Of a stretch of DNA of 64,000 nucleotides, positions 14,661 to 27,922 are shown piece after piece. The notes beneath the pieces are model-generated. The model was given only the letters and a program-made list of their open reading frames with translations. It had not been told where the DNA came from and searched no databases. The stretch is from the NCBI RefSeq assembly GCF_009914755.1, contig NC_060928.1. One strand, given 5' to 3'. The position numbers and the translations under genes are program-made. Source of the DNA: the human T2T-CHM13v2.0 reference genome, Homo sapiens. How positions within the stretch are numbered: the stretch's first letter is position 1; each line of letters opens with the position of its first letter.

Positions 14661-16411
14661 AGGCCATTTTATATTTCCTTGCCTTTATTCACACAGCAAT
14701 CTGCCTTAAGATTCAAAGCTTTCGGACACTGATGTTTCAGGAATCTTTCTCTCACCTCCCCAGTTTAGGATGATGATGGGCTGTTTTTCATTGAAATTAT
14801 TGCTTTTCAGGAGCTTGTCTTTCCTCGTACAGACCTCAAAAATTTGGCCTTATCTAATTCATAGCTGTATCCTTAGCATCTGCCACTATACCTGACATAT
14901 AATAGGTACTCAGTAAGTGTTTGTTAATATAAATGGAGTATTACAATGTGGCTATTAAAGAATTTTAATATATGCAGTGGTGCTATTTCAGATAATGGGT
15001 TACAACAATATTCTCTGGCAAGTTATAGTGAGGACAAATCACACCTCCTCTTCCTCCGTTTTGTCCAACTCATAAGAGTAAACTCACATACTTTTCACAT
15101 ATAACCTGAACAACCAACAGAGAATGTAATTCATTTCCTATTGAACTCTGTACTCTTTGAAAGTTTTGAAAAAGACAGTGAAGTCGTAACAACAGTGAAT
15201 CCTTGAAGATTCTGAAAGAGTGATACAGTGAGCCTAGCCGATGTCACAGCCCAGCTATGTGGCTACTATATCACACAAGACCCCCATAGAAGGAGGTGGA
15301 AACTGTTCATTCTTTTTGATATCCCTACTCTGCATATATTTTAGATCTATAGAGTGACTAACAGTTTGTTTACAGAGCACTTCTTCATATATCCTTCTTT
15401 ACTTACATACATTCACTCTTGTATGAGCTTTGTTCACCCAGGTTAAAAATTTTATTCATTATGTCTAGCTCTCAAGGGATTTTAGAACATATTCTATTGA
15501 TTGCAATGTGGTGTAATATGGAATACAGTAGACTAATAAACACAAAAGGTACAGTCGCTAATCTCCCAAAATTATTCTCCCATAAAGGAAGCATAGAAAA
15601 GAACACTTAATATATGAATACATAATATTATTACTGTGTTTCTCTGCTTTGTTTGAAAATTGAAATATTTTGTTAGGACCCATATCTTTAAAAATGTGAG
15701 ATTTTAAAAATGTTTTATACTTCTGCACTACAAAAGCAGTCATTTTATTTCTCTTCGAAACTTGTGTCTGTAATTTGGGTCATGTATTAAAGGTAAAGAA
15801 ATGTCAAGGTAAAAGTGGTTATTTAATTCTTGTTGCAATTGGCTGAGTCTCACTTTCTGCATATTACTTGTCTGAGCTTGAATATGTGTCACTTGTAAAT
15901 GGTGTTTCTAGATTACAATTTGTGTTGGCTTAGATTCATCTTAATGTGAAAATTGTAGACTTTAATGTTTCATTTGAAATAGCTTTATATAAGGCCAGAA
16001 TATTATGCAAATCTTCATAATCCAAGTCTGATCTCCTAAACATTTAAAGTATAGTGTACATGGTCACATGCCACAACTTTATATGGTAAAAGTGCTAATT
16101 GTGTTAAGTGGTGGTAGAAATTGAGACTTTCAGTTGTCAAGAACTTATGGCAAAACACACTTGCCTATTGAAAAATGGCTTTTCATTGTTGCTGTATAAA
16201 TGGCATCAATATAATAGAGTCACTGTGAATTTTGTTCAGAGGATAAGATTACAGATAAAAGCTAATAAAATATTTGTTAAGTTTTTATACCTCATTCTGA
16301 CAAAAAATAGTATACTCTTAATTATGGTAAAATAGTACTAGAGATGAAAGGACATCTTCTAATGATTATAGAATCTGTATAACTAGACTTCTGTCCAAAT
16401 CTTAATTCTTT

Positions 16412-16799
16412 GTTTTTTGGTTTTTTTTTGAGAGAGGGTCTCGCTCTGTCTCCTAGGCTAGGTGCAGTGGCATCGTCTTAGCTTACTGCAACCCCTGCCT
16501 CCTGGGCTCAAGCAATTCTCTCGCCTCAGCCTCTCAAGTATCTAGGACTACAAGCATGTGCCACCACACCTGGTTAATTATTGCCTTTTTTTTTTTTTTT
16601 TTTTGGAGAGATGGGGTTTCACCATGTTGCTTTGAGTCTTAAGGCAGATTGCTGTCTGAATAAAGGCAAGGAAATATAAAATGGCCTATAAATAGGTAGG
16701 TAGGTAAGCAGGCTGGTCTCAAACTCCTGGGCTCGATCAATCCACCTGCCTCAGCCTCCCAAAGTGCTGGGATTACAGACGTAACCCAACATGATGGCC
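16412..16799 (-). mobile_element. AluJ-like SINE interrupted by an ~80-bp non-Alu insert
   Basis: Antisense Alu with a 16-bp TSD caaatcttaattcttt (16396-16411 / 16800-16815). Foreign segment at about 16631-16708. Confidence 0.9.
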
Positions 16800-19700
16800 C
16801 AAATCTTAATTCTTTAAGCCATTCTTCATTAGTCCTTATTGTTTTCATTCTTTCATGACTATTCTACAAAATGGTTTTGGAGAGAATATATTGATATAAG
16901 TTTTATGTGTTTATGTACATTTATTTACACACACCCTATATGGTACTTCTTTTTTGGTGACATCACATTTGGTGATGTACTAAGGCTGATTTTACTCTCC
17001 CATTCGCTCTTTTCTTCTCATTAATATTTCTAACACTGTGATTTTTTGCTGAAACTTCATTTTCTGTAACTGAAAACTAAAGTACTCATAGGAAGTCAAA
17101 AAGAAGGAAATTGTCTAGTAAAATAAGGAATAATTATGATTCTAAATGGACCCTAGTACACTAATTTTTACATTGTAGGCTTCACTTAGATATTTACTAG
17201 CTGAGAAAAGAAATTTGCAAACCAACAAATTAGATATTGAGAACTAATTTTCAGCCCCACAAAAGGCAAATAAATTCAGTCTGACACCTGTAATGGTGAA
17301 AGCTTAAAATTTTACCATTACAGTTATAACATTGCAATGAAGGTGGCTACACATGCATTTAATGTGTATTGGTTATCCTAATAGGTCCATTGCACATGAT
17401 TCAAGAATTTTGGCATTCAGAAAACTTTGTAATATTCTGTAAGTATGTAGAAGCATCTTTTTGGTTTAAAAAAATAGTCTGATACATTCTAGTTAAAATA
17501 CCAGCCAGGTTTTGTTGGTACTGGGAAATGGGTACATGAAGATTCATTATACTCTTTATTTTTGTGTCTGTTTGAAGTTTCCATAATAAACAGTTTTTTG
17601 AAAATCACCCGATTAATACCACATTCCTGGGATCTGTATCAAATCTAAAGTGCTGGAATTATACACTCAAAAATAGAAAACATGTTTGTGTGTCTGAATC
17701 CTCTAAAAAGAAAAATAGTTAGTAATGTTAGCATACCTCATTGACAATTAGATATTACCTCTCTTCAACAGACCAGAACAGAGGAAGAAAACCACTTCTA
17801 TCTGGTTAGTGCCTACTAGATACCTTTATGTGCAGGTCATCTCAGAGAACCAAGAAATGTTTCTGCTCAGATGACTTGTAAACATGGAAAATGTGCCTCT
17901 CCATATATACCACTGCAAGATTCTCTTGGTAAAGAACATGTAATTTTATAACAACACCTGAAAACGTTAAATTTATTATTCATAAATTTTCCAAGACACA
18001 CTTCAGAACACAAGAAGCTCACAAAAAAGATTCTTACTACTTCAGTTAACATAGATACACCCACCCCTACCCCAGTATTTGAAGAAAAAGAAAAAAGTCT
18101 TTCTACCCCTGGTAGGCAAAGCAAGTTATCCCATTTGTGTTTTGGAGTACCAGTGCTCTATTACTATAAAGCAGTAAAGTATCATAAGGTAATAACCTCC
18201 TCCCCGAAGGTGTATTACTGAAAACATTTACAGACCAATAGTTCATGAAGAGAAAATGATTTATTATGTTTTTAAGAGTGGTTAGTCAAAGTTGCATTTG
18301 TTTGTTTTACAGAAGGAACCCAGAGATTGAAAAAAGTTTATTAGTAGTGTCAGAATGAACTGAAGAAAAAAGAAAATAAAACATAGGGTAGTAGTAAGGG
18401 TGAGGAAATATGGATATGTGAAACAATATAAGAACAATTATAAAGTACCACCAAAGAATGGAAATTCAGATTAAAATTTATTTATGATCTTACAGCCACT
18501 TTGCAAAAATAGCTGTGAAACAGTAAATTCATTTATTACTTAATATGGGGTGTGAAATTGTAACAAGGCATAACATCCAAGTGACTAAAAGTTCTTTACT
18601 CATTTTATTGAACAGGTTTATTGTGACTTCTACTTTTCTCTGTAAGGTATTAAAACCATACTGCCTGTTTAGATTTGGTTCTTATCCATGGCCTTATTGG
18701 TCTTATTGTCCTGTATGTTGCAATTCCGGGTTTGCAATTTGGTTAAGTTTTTTTGGAAAAGTCCCTTAAAAATTTAGCATGAGGATTCTGTAACAATAAA
18801 ACAAATGTACTTTGGTGTTCCTTGAAAATGGCAGTTCCTCTTAAGTAAAAATATAACTTGCATATAATGTACTGTATTCATTCAATTTAAATTAGTATTA
18901 AATAAAATTATTGTTTTCCATCTCTACAGTCCATTCAAATTACATTCATAATGAGCCAGAGGATTATTTTAAATTGTTTATTTTATCATAAGACTTTCCT
19001 GTGGTAGGATGCAATCATTTAGAAAAAAAAAAGTACTGGTAAATACCTTGATTTTTCAATTCTAAAACTCAATGGTAGTATTATTGATATTTCTGTTCAC
19101 CATACACAAAGCCAGACAAAGTCAAGTATGCAATATTATTCCTAGTTCTCCAAGTAAACATTATCCTAGAAACAGTGCAGAACTTTCTGTCCATGGAGTC
19201 TGTGGCCAGTCATCTATACTTCTTCTCGCATTTATTTAAAGCTTTGTCTCAATGTGACTCTTATCCTTTCTTGGGGCGTGAACTCTCAATTTCCAGTTCA
19301 TCATCCCTATTCTGGTTCCACAAACCTGGTTTCTATGGTACCATTTAACTATTTCACTTATTATTCTTTTTCTGTTAAGAATCTCTATTAAACACCTTCC
19401 AACATAAGGAATAATTCATCATGTGAATGAAGACTGTCCTCAGGTTTGCAGACTAGCAAAAAAGAATTCCTCACCCACCTTGATTCTCTACTGCCGTGCA
19501 CTTCGTGTCACTCCCCAGTTTTAGATACTTCCCAGGGTCTCCTTTCTTCAGTGTCAAAAAAAAAAAAAAAAGACACAAGAAAATTCTAATTGGTTCCACT
19601 AAAATTTAGGTATTCTAGCCTACCCTACATCTTCATGGCTACATGAAAGCTTTCATGTACTTTTTGCTGACTTTTATCAACATTGTTCATGTCAGAATTT

Positions 19701-20689
19701 CTTTAATCTTCTCAAGCCTTAGCCAAACAGGCTCCCAAGAGGTGATTGACTTTTTATTTCCAGGCAACATTATGATATGAATATCTTGGGATTGCCTCTG
19801 TATTTTCACCTTTTCCCTTGTCTGTTAGTTACCTCTTTTAAGAAGGTACGATTTTTCCTCCTTGCCAGTCTACTCGTCCCACATGTGTTCTTTTTTCCAT
19901 CTCCTGTTTCCTTCAAAACATTTTTTTTAATCAGTTTTTCCCACTACCATTTGCAACTTCAGTCTCTCCCACTCAACGGGCTTATTATCCACCACCTGAA
20001 ATCAAGCACAGACATTCTTCTGTGGGGGGGAAAATCTATTTTTTTAACCTCTTTTTGCTTCCCAAATCCTCAAAATTCTTGAAAGAATACTGGATACTCA
20101 TTCTCTCAAATTCTTACCATCTAGTCCTTCTTTAACCCTCTCTGATTTGGCCTCTGACCTGTTCATGCAATGAAAATAGTTGTCTTAAAGGTCACCAATG
20201 ACCTTTATATACCACTTATATACATTTATTCACTCAGAAAATATTCATTTTGTGCTTGCTATGTACCAGGTACTTGCTAGACTAGGTACTAGAAGTACAT
20301 CTAAAAAAGACAACATTCTTTTTCTCAGAGAACTTATAATTTAGTTGAGGAAACAAACAAGTAGAGAACTACAAAGTAGTGTAAGAGTTGCAATTAAGCA
20401 TGAGGCAACGTGAAAGTAAGAGGAGCAATGTCTAACTCAGCCTTTATGTGGTCATAGAAGCTTTTAGATAGAGGCTTCCTTTAAAGGTTAAGGAAAAAAA
20501 AGATATTCAGGTAAAGAAGAAGGGGAAGAGCGGTGTTTCTAACAGAAGGTATCCTTCAGAAAGGAAGCTAAAAGTTAATATGCTTTTGATTATCTGCAAA
20601 TTTAGTAACACAGGTACAGAATTCGTTTAGGGAAGTGGATGGAGATAAGGCTTTTACCTGAATTGAGTTTTTAAATTTATATTTAAATT

Positions 20690-20860
20690 GTTGTGTTTGT
20701 GTGTATGTGTGTGTGTATATACGTGTGTGTGTATATATGTGTATATATAGGAGATGGAAAAAATATATGTGTGAGTATGTGTTCCCACTCCTCAAAACTT
20801 TGATTATATATATGTATGTGTGTCTTTTATATATTGTGTGTATGTGTACATATATATACT
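20690..20860. repeat. (TG)/(TA)-rich low-complexity microsatellite
   Basis: Directly visible. Confidence 0.85.
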
Positions 20861-20930
20861 TTTTGCCCAATTCTCACAAATGAATCTGTGACTTCAAAAT
20901 ATAAAGAGACACTGCTATAAATGTAGTTGG

Positions 20931-21095
20931 GAGCCAGGCGTGGTGGCACATGCTTCTAGTCCCAGCTACTTGGGAGGCTGAGACGAGAAGATAGCTTGAA
21001 CCCAGGAGTCCAGCACTGCGGTAAGCTATGACTGCACCACTGCACTCCAGCCTAGGCAACAGAATGAGACCCTGTCTCTAAAAAATAAAATAAAT
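20931..21095 (+). mobile_element. Alu right-arm monomer (FRAM/AluJ-like)
   Basis: Single Alu arm with A-rich tail, flanked by taaatgtagttg / taaatctagttg. Confidence 0.8.
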
Positions 21096-21619
21096 CTAGT
21101 TGAGGACCAGCTTATAAAAGGCTTTGAATACCAAGCTAAGAAGTTTTTTTAAACTGTATGTTGAAGACTCTAGTTTCAAGGATTTTAAGAAATATAATAG
21201 CTCAGATTTTCATTTCTGGGAAGTTAACTTTCTATAATGTGAATTATGTAAAGGAGCAAAACTGCAGAAAGGGGATTTAGGAGACAGGTAGTAGTTCAGG
21301 AGTGACATGAATAGTGCTCAGTGATAGAAACAATGCAGCTGAAGAAGAGGGGATGGTTCAGAAATACTTAGAAGGTAGGATTTAGATTCTAGTCCACACT
21401 TGCCCCTGGGCTCGGCCCTCTTGTACAGTGCACACTCTGCACAAACCTACACAGTACCCCCTTCCAAATGCTTATCTTATTCTGGTGGAACTAAGCATTC
21501 TGTGTCAATATTGGGGTACTTGTCTTCCACATTTCAAATTCTTTGAGATTGTTGTGTCTTTAGATTGTCTATTCCTTATAGAATCTAACAGAGAATTACA
21601 CATAGTAAACATTGAAAAA

Positions 21620-21850
21620 CTGTGATAATGATGCTTACATAGTGTGTGCTCTGAAAGCTTCGTGTATGTTAATTCATTTAATTCTCACAACCTTATGCGA
21701 TGTGCACTATTATTATACCCCCTCTTTGGCTGAATTAAAAGAAGAGTCATGGGGAGATTAAATTACTTTCCTAAGGTCACACACTAGAAAGTGGTGGAAC
21801 TGATTCAAACTGAGGCAGTCTGGCTCCAGAGTCCGTGCTCATAACCAGTA
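21620..21850 (-). mobile_element. MIR SINE
   Basis: aaggtcacacactagaaagtgg...ggcagtctggctccagagtccgtgctc is the reverse complement of the MIR 5' region. Confidence 0.75.
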
Positions 21851-22016
21851 TACTAAACCCATTATTGGAACGCATTATTTGAATACACTCCAGCAATTGG
21901 TAAATTTAAAGCAATGTATAAAATGTTTTAGTCCCACAGGATTAAAATTAATATTTTGATTTATGTGGAATAGCTAATGAGTTTGCTTTCTAATCTTTTT
22001 GTTTTAATCCTTTTAG

Positions 22017-22112
22017 AACCAGTTCGAAGATACAAAACTTATCATGGTGATGTCTTTAGTACCTCCAGTGAAAGTCCATCTATTATTTCCTCTGAATCAG
22101 ATTTCAGACAAG
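22017..22112 (+). CDS. PTPN13: PTPN13 coding exon (probable exon 8, 96 nt): (E)PVRRYKTYHGDVFSTSSESPSIISSESDFRQ
   Basis: ttttag| acceptor, AAG|gtagga donor; continues the frame from 7288. Confidence 0.95.
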
Positions 22113-22510
22113 GTAGGAGGCATCTGAAACAAGCAAACTGTTTTTAAGAAACCACGATTATTATTATTTTCAATAGTGTTCAAATATTAATATAAATTGC
22201 CAGAAAGAATAATACTGTATAAAATTGAAAAATTTAAAAAAGCTGCTGGTTACTCAGTAGTAGTATTATAGAAACTAAATAGCAGTTTCTTCAAATAACG
22301 ATGTAGTCCTTTTCATTACAGAGATAATAATTCATTGTCTTTAAAAGTAACATGATTTACCTCAAAAGAGTTTAATAACATTATGTCATTAATTTTGTTC
22401 TGTGGATTAGATTTGTACAACTCTATGTCTGCTAAGTGTTTGAGTTTTAAATGAAATTACTCTCATGTTTCTATCACCTGTGCCATTATTTCTTTTTCAT
22501 TCATAATTAG

Positions 22511-22604
22511 TGAGAAGAAGTGAAGCCTCAAAGAGGTTTGAATCCAGCAGTGGTCTCCCAGGGGTAGATGAAACCTTAAGTCAAGGCCAGTCACAGAGAC
22601 CGAG
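22511..22604 (+). CDS. PTPN13: PTPN13 coding exon (probable exon 9, 94 nt): (V)RRSEASKRFESSSGLPGVDETLSQGQSQRP(S)
   Basis: aattag| acceptor, GAG|gtatgt donor; frame continuity. Confidence 0.95.
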
Positions 22605-22665
22605 GTATGTCATGAAAAAGTAGTGATGATACATTTCCAGTGACCAGTGTTTGTTTTTTATTTGA

Positions 22666-23133
<468 letters not shown>

Positions 23134-23935
23134 TAGTTGTGCTTGATTTTTAAAATTATCAATATGAATATAAAATAACAGGAAGGTCAAGGCATGGGAT
23201 TAAAAATCTGTGAGAAGATAGGAAACCTTGATTTCTAAGATACCTTTCTTGAAAGGTTGGAATAGTCTCAGCCAGCAAGCTTTCAGTGAGTATTTATTTG
23301 TTGAATGAATAGTGAGTAGGTTACTACTAAGTAACCTATTATGTAAAAGGTTAATTATTCACTGTATCTTTCCTGGCTTAAAAGAGGTTATGTGGTACTT
23401 TTTTTTAAAGCCTGATTTAGGCTATTTAGAGTTCATTTTTATACTGACATACTTAGTGAATTTCTTATAAGGTGTTAGTATTATGTTTGTGCTCAGCTTA
23501 GGATGGTGGTATTATAGCTGTGTGTTGATTTATGTTGTTTAAACTGAAAGGTGTCAAGTCAATAGTGATGTGTGTCTTTGTCGTGTATGCCCAGGTCCCT
23601 TACATGAACAAAAGATGTAGTTAATGCTAAGCATTAATTTCAAATTTGTAATATATTAGAGAACAAGAGGTTGCTTGAGAATTTACTTCTAAAATGTGGG
23701 AATCCTTTCTAATTCTGTATTTCAGTTTGTTTAATTCAGATGCTACCAAATAGAAAAGAATCATTTAGAAATAAACAGAAACTTGCCCCTTAGCTAATTA
23801 ATTCTGCCAGACACTGTTTCACACCTGTAAACTATTAATAGATCAGGTAACCCTAGCCATGTGATTAAAACAGACTATTCACAGTTTAGAGTGTACGTAA
23901 TTAAATACTTTACACTAAAATTATTCTTTAGTTAA

Positions 23936-24287
<352 letters not shown>

Positions 24288-24459
24288 TAAAATAGTCTAT
24301 AATTTTTTTCTTTGAGGAAAACTCCAGTAAGTATTCATTTACCTAAAGCAATCTATATTTGCATAATAGCATTTTATATTACTGTGTCCTTGTGATGACC
24401 CCATTTTGATACTTTTGAACAAAGAGGTAGGAGACAAAGATCTATGCTTTACGTTACAG

Positions 24460-25420
24460 TTTTCTTTTTATTTTTTAACATTTATTTTCGGTTTGGGGGT
24501 ACATGTGAAGGTTTGTTATATAAACACGTGACAGGGGTTTGTATACATACTATTTTGTCAAGCAGGTATTAAGCCCAGTACACAACAGTTATCTTTTTTG
24601 TTCCTCTCCTTCCTCCCACTCTCCCCACTCAAGTAGACCCCAGTATCAGTTGTTTCCTTCTTTGTGTTCAGAAGTTCTTATCATTTAGCTCCCACTTACA
24701 AGTGAGAACATGTGGTATTTGGTTTTCTGTTCCTGCATTAGTTTGCTAAGGATAATAGCCTCCACTTCTATCCATGTTCCCACAAAAGACATGATCTCAT
24801 TCTTTTTTATGGCTGTATAGTATTCCATTGTGTATATGTACCACATTTTCTTTATACAATCTGTCATTCTGAACATTTAGGTTGATTCCATTCTTTGCTA
24901 TTGTAAATAGTGCTGCCGTGAACATTCGTGTGTATGTGTCTTTACGGTAGAGTGATTTATATTCCTATGGGTATATACCCAGTAATGGGATTGCTGGGTC
25001 TAATGGTAGTTCTGCTTTTAGCTCTTTGAGGAATCTCCATATCGTTTTCCACAATGATTGAACTAATTTGCTCTCCCAACAGTGTGTAAGTGTTCCCTTT
25101 TCTCTGCAACCTCGTCAGCATCTGTAATTTTTTTACTTTTTAATAATAGCCATTCTGACTGTTGTGAGATGGTATCTCATTGTGGTTCTGATTTGCATTT
25201 CTGTAATGATCAGTGATATGAAGCTTTTTTCAATGCTTGTAGGCTGCATGTATATCTTCTTTTAAGGGTGTCTTTCATGTGCTTTGCCCACTTTTTAATA
25301 GAGTTGTTTGTTTTTCTTTTGTAAATTTAAGTTCCCTGTAGATGCTGGGTATTAGACCTTTGTCAGATGCATAGTTTGCAAATATTTTATCCCATTTTGT
25401 AGGTTGTCTGTTTACTCTGT
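24460..25420 (-). mobile_element. 5'-truncated older L1 (L1PA13-16/L1PB-like) 3' fragment
   Basis: ORF 24685-24876 is the L1 ORF2 C-terminus (KKMWYIYTMEYYTAIKKNE...), followed by L1 3'UTR motifs. Confidence 0.85.
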
Positions 25421-27074
25421 TTTTCTAATGAAGCAAAAGCATGTGGGGATGAACAACAAAAGTAAGCCAATATTGAATTGCACTAAGCTCAGTGTTGAAT
25501 TGAGGGAGAATGTGTTTTAGAAGTGACTTTTCTCTATGCATCTAATTTGGAACCTATGAGTAGTTACTATTATGCCCACTTTAGCCAATTGAAAACTCTT
25601 GCTTTTAATATAAACAACTGAAATAGAGATAACACCTGAAGAAGCACTGGGATATGTGTTAACAATTGATTTACAGCCCATTTGGTTTGGATTTTTAAAT
25701 TTTAAAACATATTCAAGCGAAATTAAATCATTTTGGGAGCCTTATGTTAATTTTCTTGATAAGGAACCTCAAAAATGTCAAGGTTATGAGAGAATCCTAA
25801 TTTTGATTGTTTCCAGATTTTATTCAAGGAAACATTAAGGCCGCCATATTTGTCAAATCTATGTTTAAGGGGTAAACTGTCTTTTTTTTCATACTTCATG
25901 GGGAGAAAAAGCCCATGTGGTATTCATAGCATCTGAGTTAGATATAGGTTTAGGTGAAAGAAAAATATTTCAGGAAGTAGATTGTTAGTTGTATGTATGT
26001 ATTATCTAATGTTAAGTTGCTAAACTCTATTTCTTTTAACTAGTTCCATCTTTTTTCTGCCCACTTAAATACATATTAGCTTAAAATACTGTCCAAATTC
26101 CTATTCACTTGCAGAACACACTCTGATAATATCCCTAACATGCTGGTACGTAATCAGGAGTCTTGTTTTCTTCTTTAGGTCACACATTTGTAAAATCTAT
26201 GAATAGTGCTGTATTTGTACATATTGCATGCTTCTTGACAAAAGTTTCTATTCCCTTTAGCTAGAATAAAATGGCAAAACAGATCCAGAGAGTGCTATTG
26301 ATTTGTACCATAGTGGGATGGGGGGAGATTAACAGGAAATTATGAGTCAGATGCAGCAGAATGAGTAATTTTTTTATACTGAGCTATCAAAAGCGTCTTT
26401 CAGTGACCAAAAAGGGCATTCAAAGTAGTTTCCAAAGAGAATTTCTAAGCCTTTTTATGTACTAGCTTTTGAAGTAAGTTTATACGTAGTACATTCCCAC
26501 TGCTTCTGTGCCTCTCTGCTTGTTGAGGTAACCTTTGTTTCTGACTCCAAACAGAGTTGTTTTTGTTTTTGATTTTTGTCTCAAACTTTGCAGTTTTTAT
26601 AGAAGTTTTGGTTAGATATCATATTTGGAGAGATAACAATGATAATTATTTTGCTACCTTTTAGTAGCTCTGCTGTAAAATAATTTTAGCTAAAAGACTG
26701 TAATATTTTATGAAAATAACAGGTTTGAGTTTAAATGTGCAGATTCAAGGTCTTATTATTATCTTTGACCCTCCCCTTAAGTGAGAGAGGGCCATAAAAT
26801 TACATTCAGTTATTGACTTTACAGGTAATCATTGAGCACCTGCCATGTACTAGGTGCTTTCAGATACTGGAGATAGAGTTGTGAACAACACAGAAAGTCC
26901 CTTGAGGGAAATGAGAAGTAGCCAATAAACCATGAAAAAGCAAGTAAATAATATACTGCCATATAATGATGGTGCCTTGAAGAAAAATAAGGCTACTTAA
27001 GGGGATAGGGAGAACGGGGAGTAATGTCCAAATTCTGTTTTATATAGGTAGTATGATCAGTTTCATTACTAGAA

Positions 27075-27156
27075 CAAGAGGCTCCTAACACCCAAGAGAC
27101 TTCAAGGGTTTTAGGAGCTCTTTGTCAGGAACTGGGGACAAAGATCATATATGTAT
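27075..27156. mobile_element. Probable MER21-type LTR end fragment, split by the following Alu
   Basis: caagggttttaggagctctttgtcaggaactggggacaaaga resembles MER21 LTR termini (from memory). Confidence 0.5.
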
Positions 27157-27259
27157 TTCCTTCCCTTCCCCTCTCCCTCTCCCCCGCTCCCTCCCCCTCT
27201 CCCTCCCCCTCCCCTTCCCCCTTCCCCCTTCCCCTCTTTTCTCCTTTCCTCTCCTCTCT

Positions 27260-27260
<1 letters not shown>
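27157..27260. repeat. C/T-rich (CCCCT)n-type polypyrimidine tract at the Alu tail position
   Basis: Directly visible. Confidence 0.9.
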
Positions 27261-27565
<305 letters not shown>

Positions 27566-27699
27566 TAAAGATTCTTCTGAGATGGGAAAATAAAATTTGT
27601 TTAAACTCTTGCAACCTTACTTAAAATGAAATTTGCTTGATTAGCCTTAAAACAATTGTTTTCCTCCCAATCCTCACCTGTCTCCTCTTTTCTATATAG

Positions 27700-27922
27700 C
27701 AGACAATATGAAACACCCTTTGAAGGCAACTTAATTAATCAAGAGATCATGCTAAAACGGCAAGAGGAAGAACTGATGCAGCTACAAGCCAAAATGGCCC
27801 TTAGACAGTCTCGGTTGAGCCTATATCCAGGAGACACAATCAAAGCGTCCATGCTTGACATCACCAGGGATCCGTTAAGAGAAATTGCCCTAGAAACAGC
27901 CATGACTCAAAGAAAACTGAGG
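27700..27922 (+). CDS. PTPN13: PTPN13 coding exon (probable exon 10, 223 nt), coiled-coil region: RQYETPFEGNLINQEIMLKRQEEELMQLQAKMALRQ...TQRKLR
   Basis: tatag|CAG acceptor, AGG|gtaagt donor; matches ORF 27656-27931. Confidence 0.96.
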
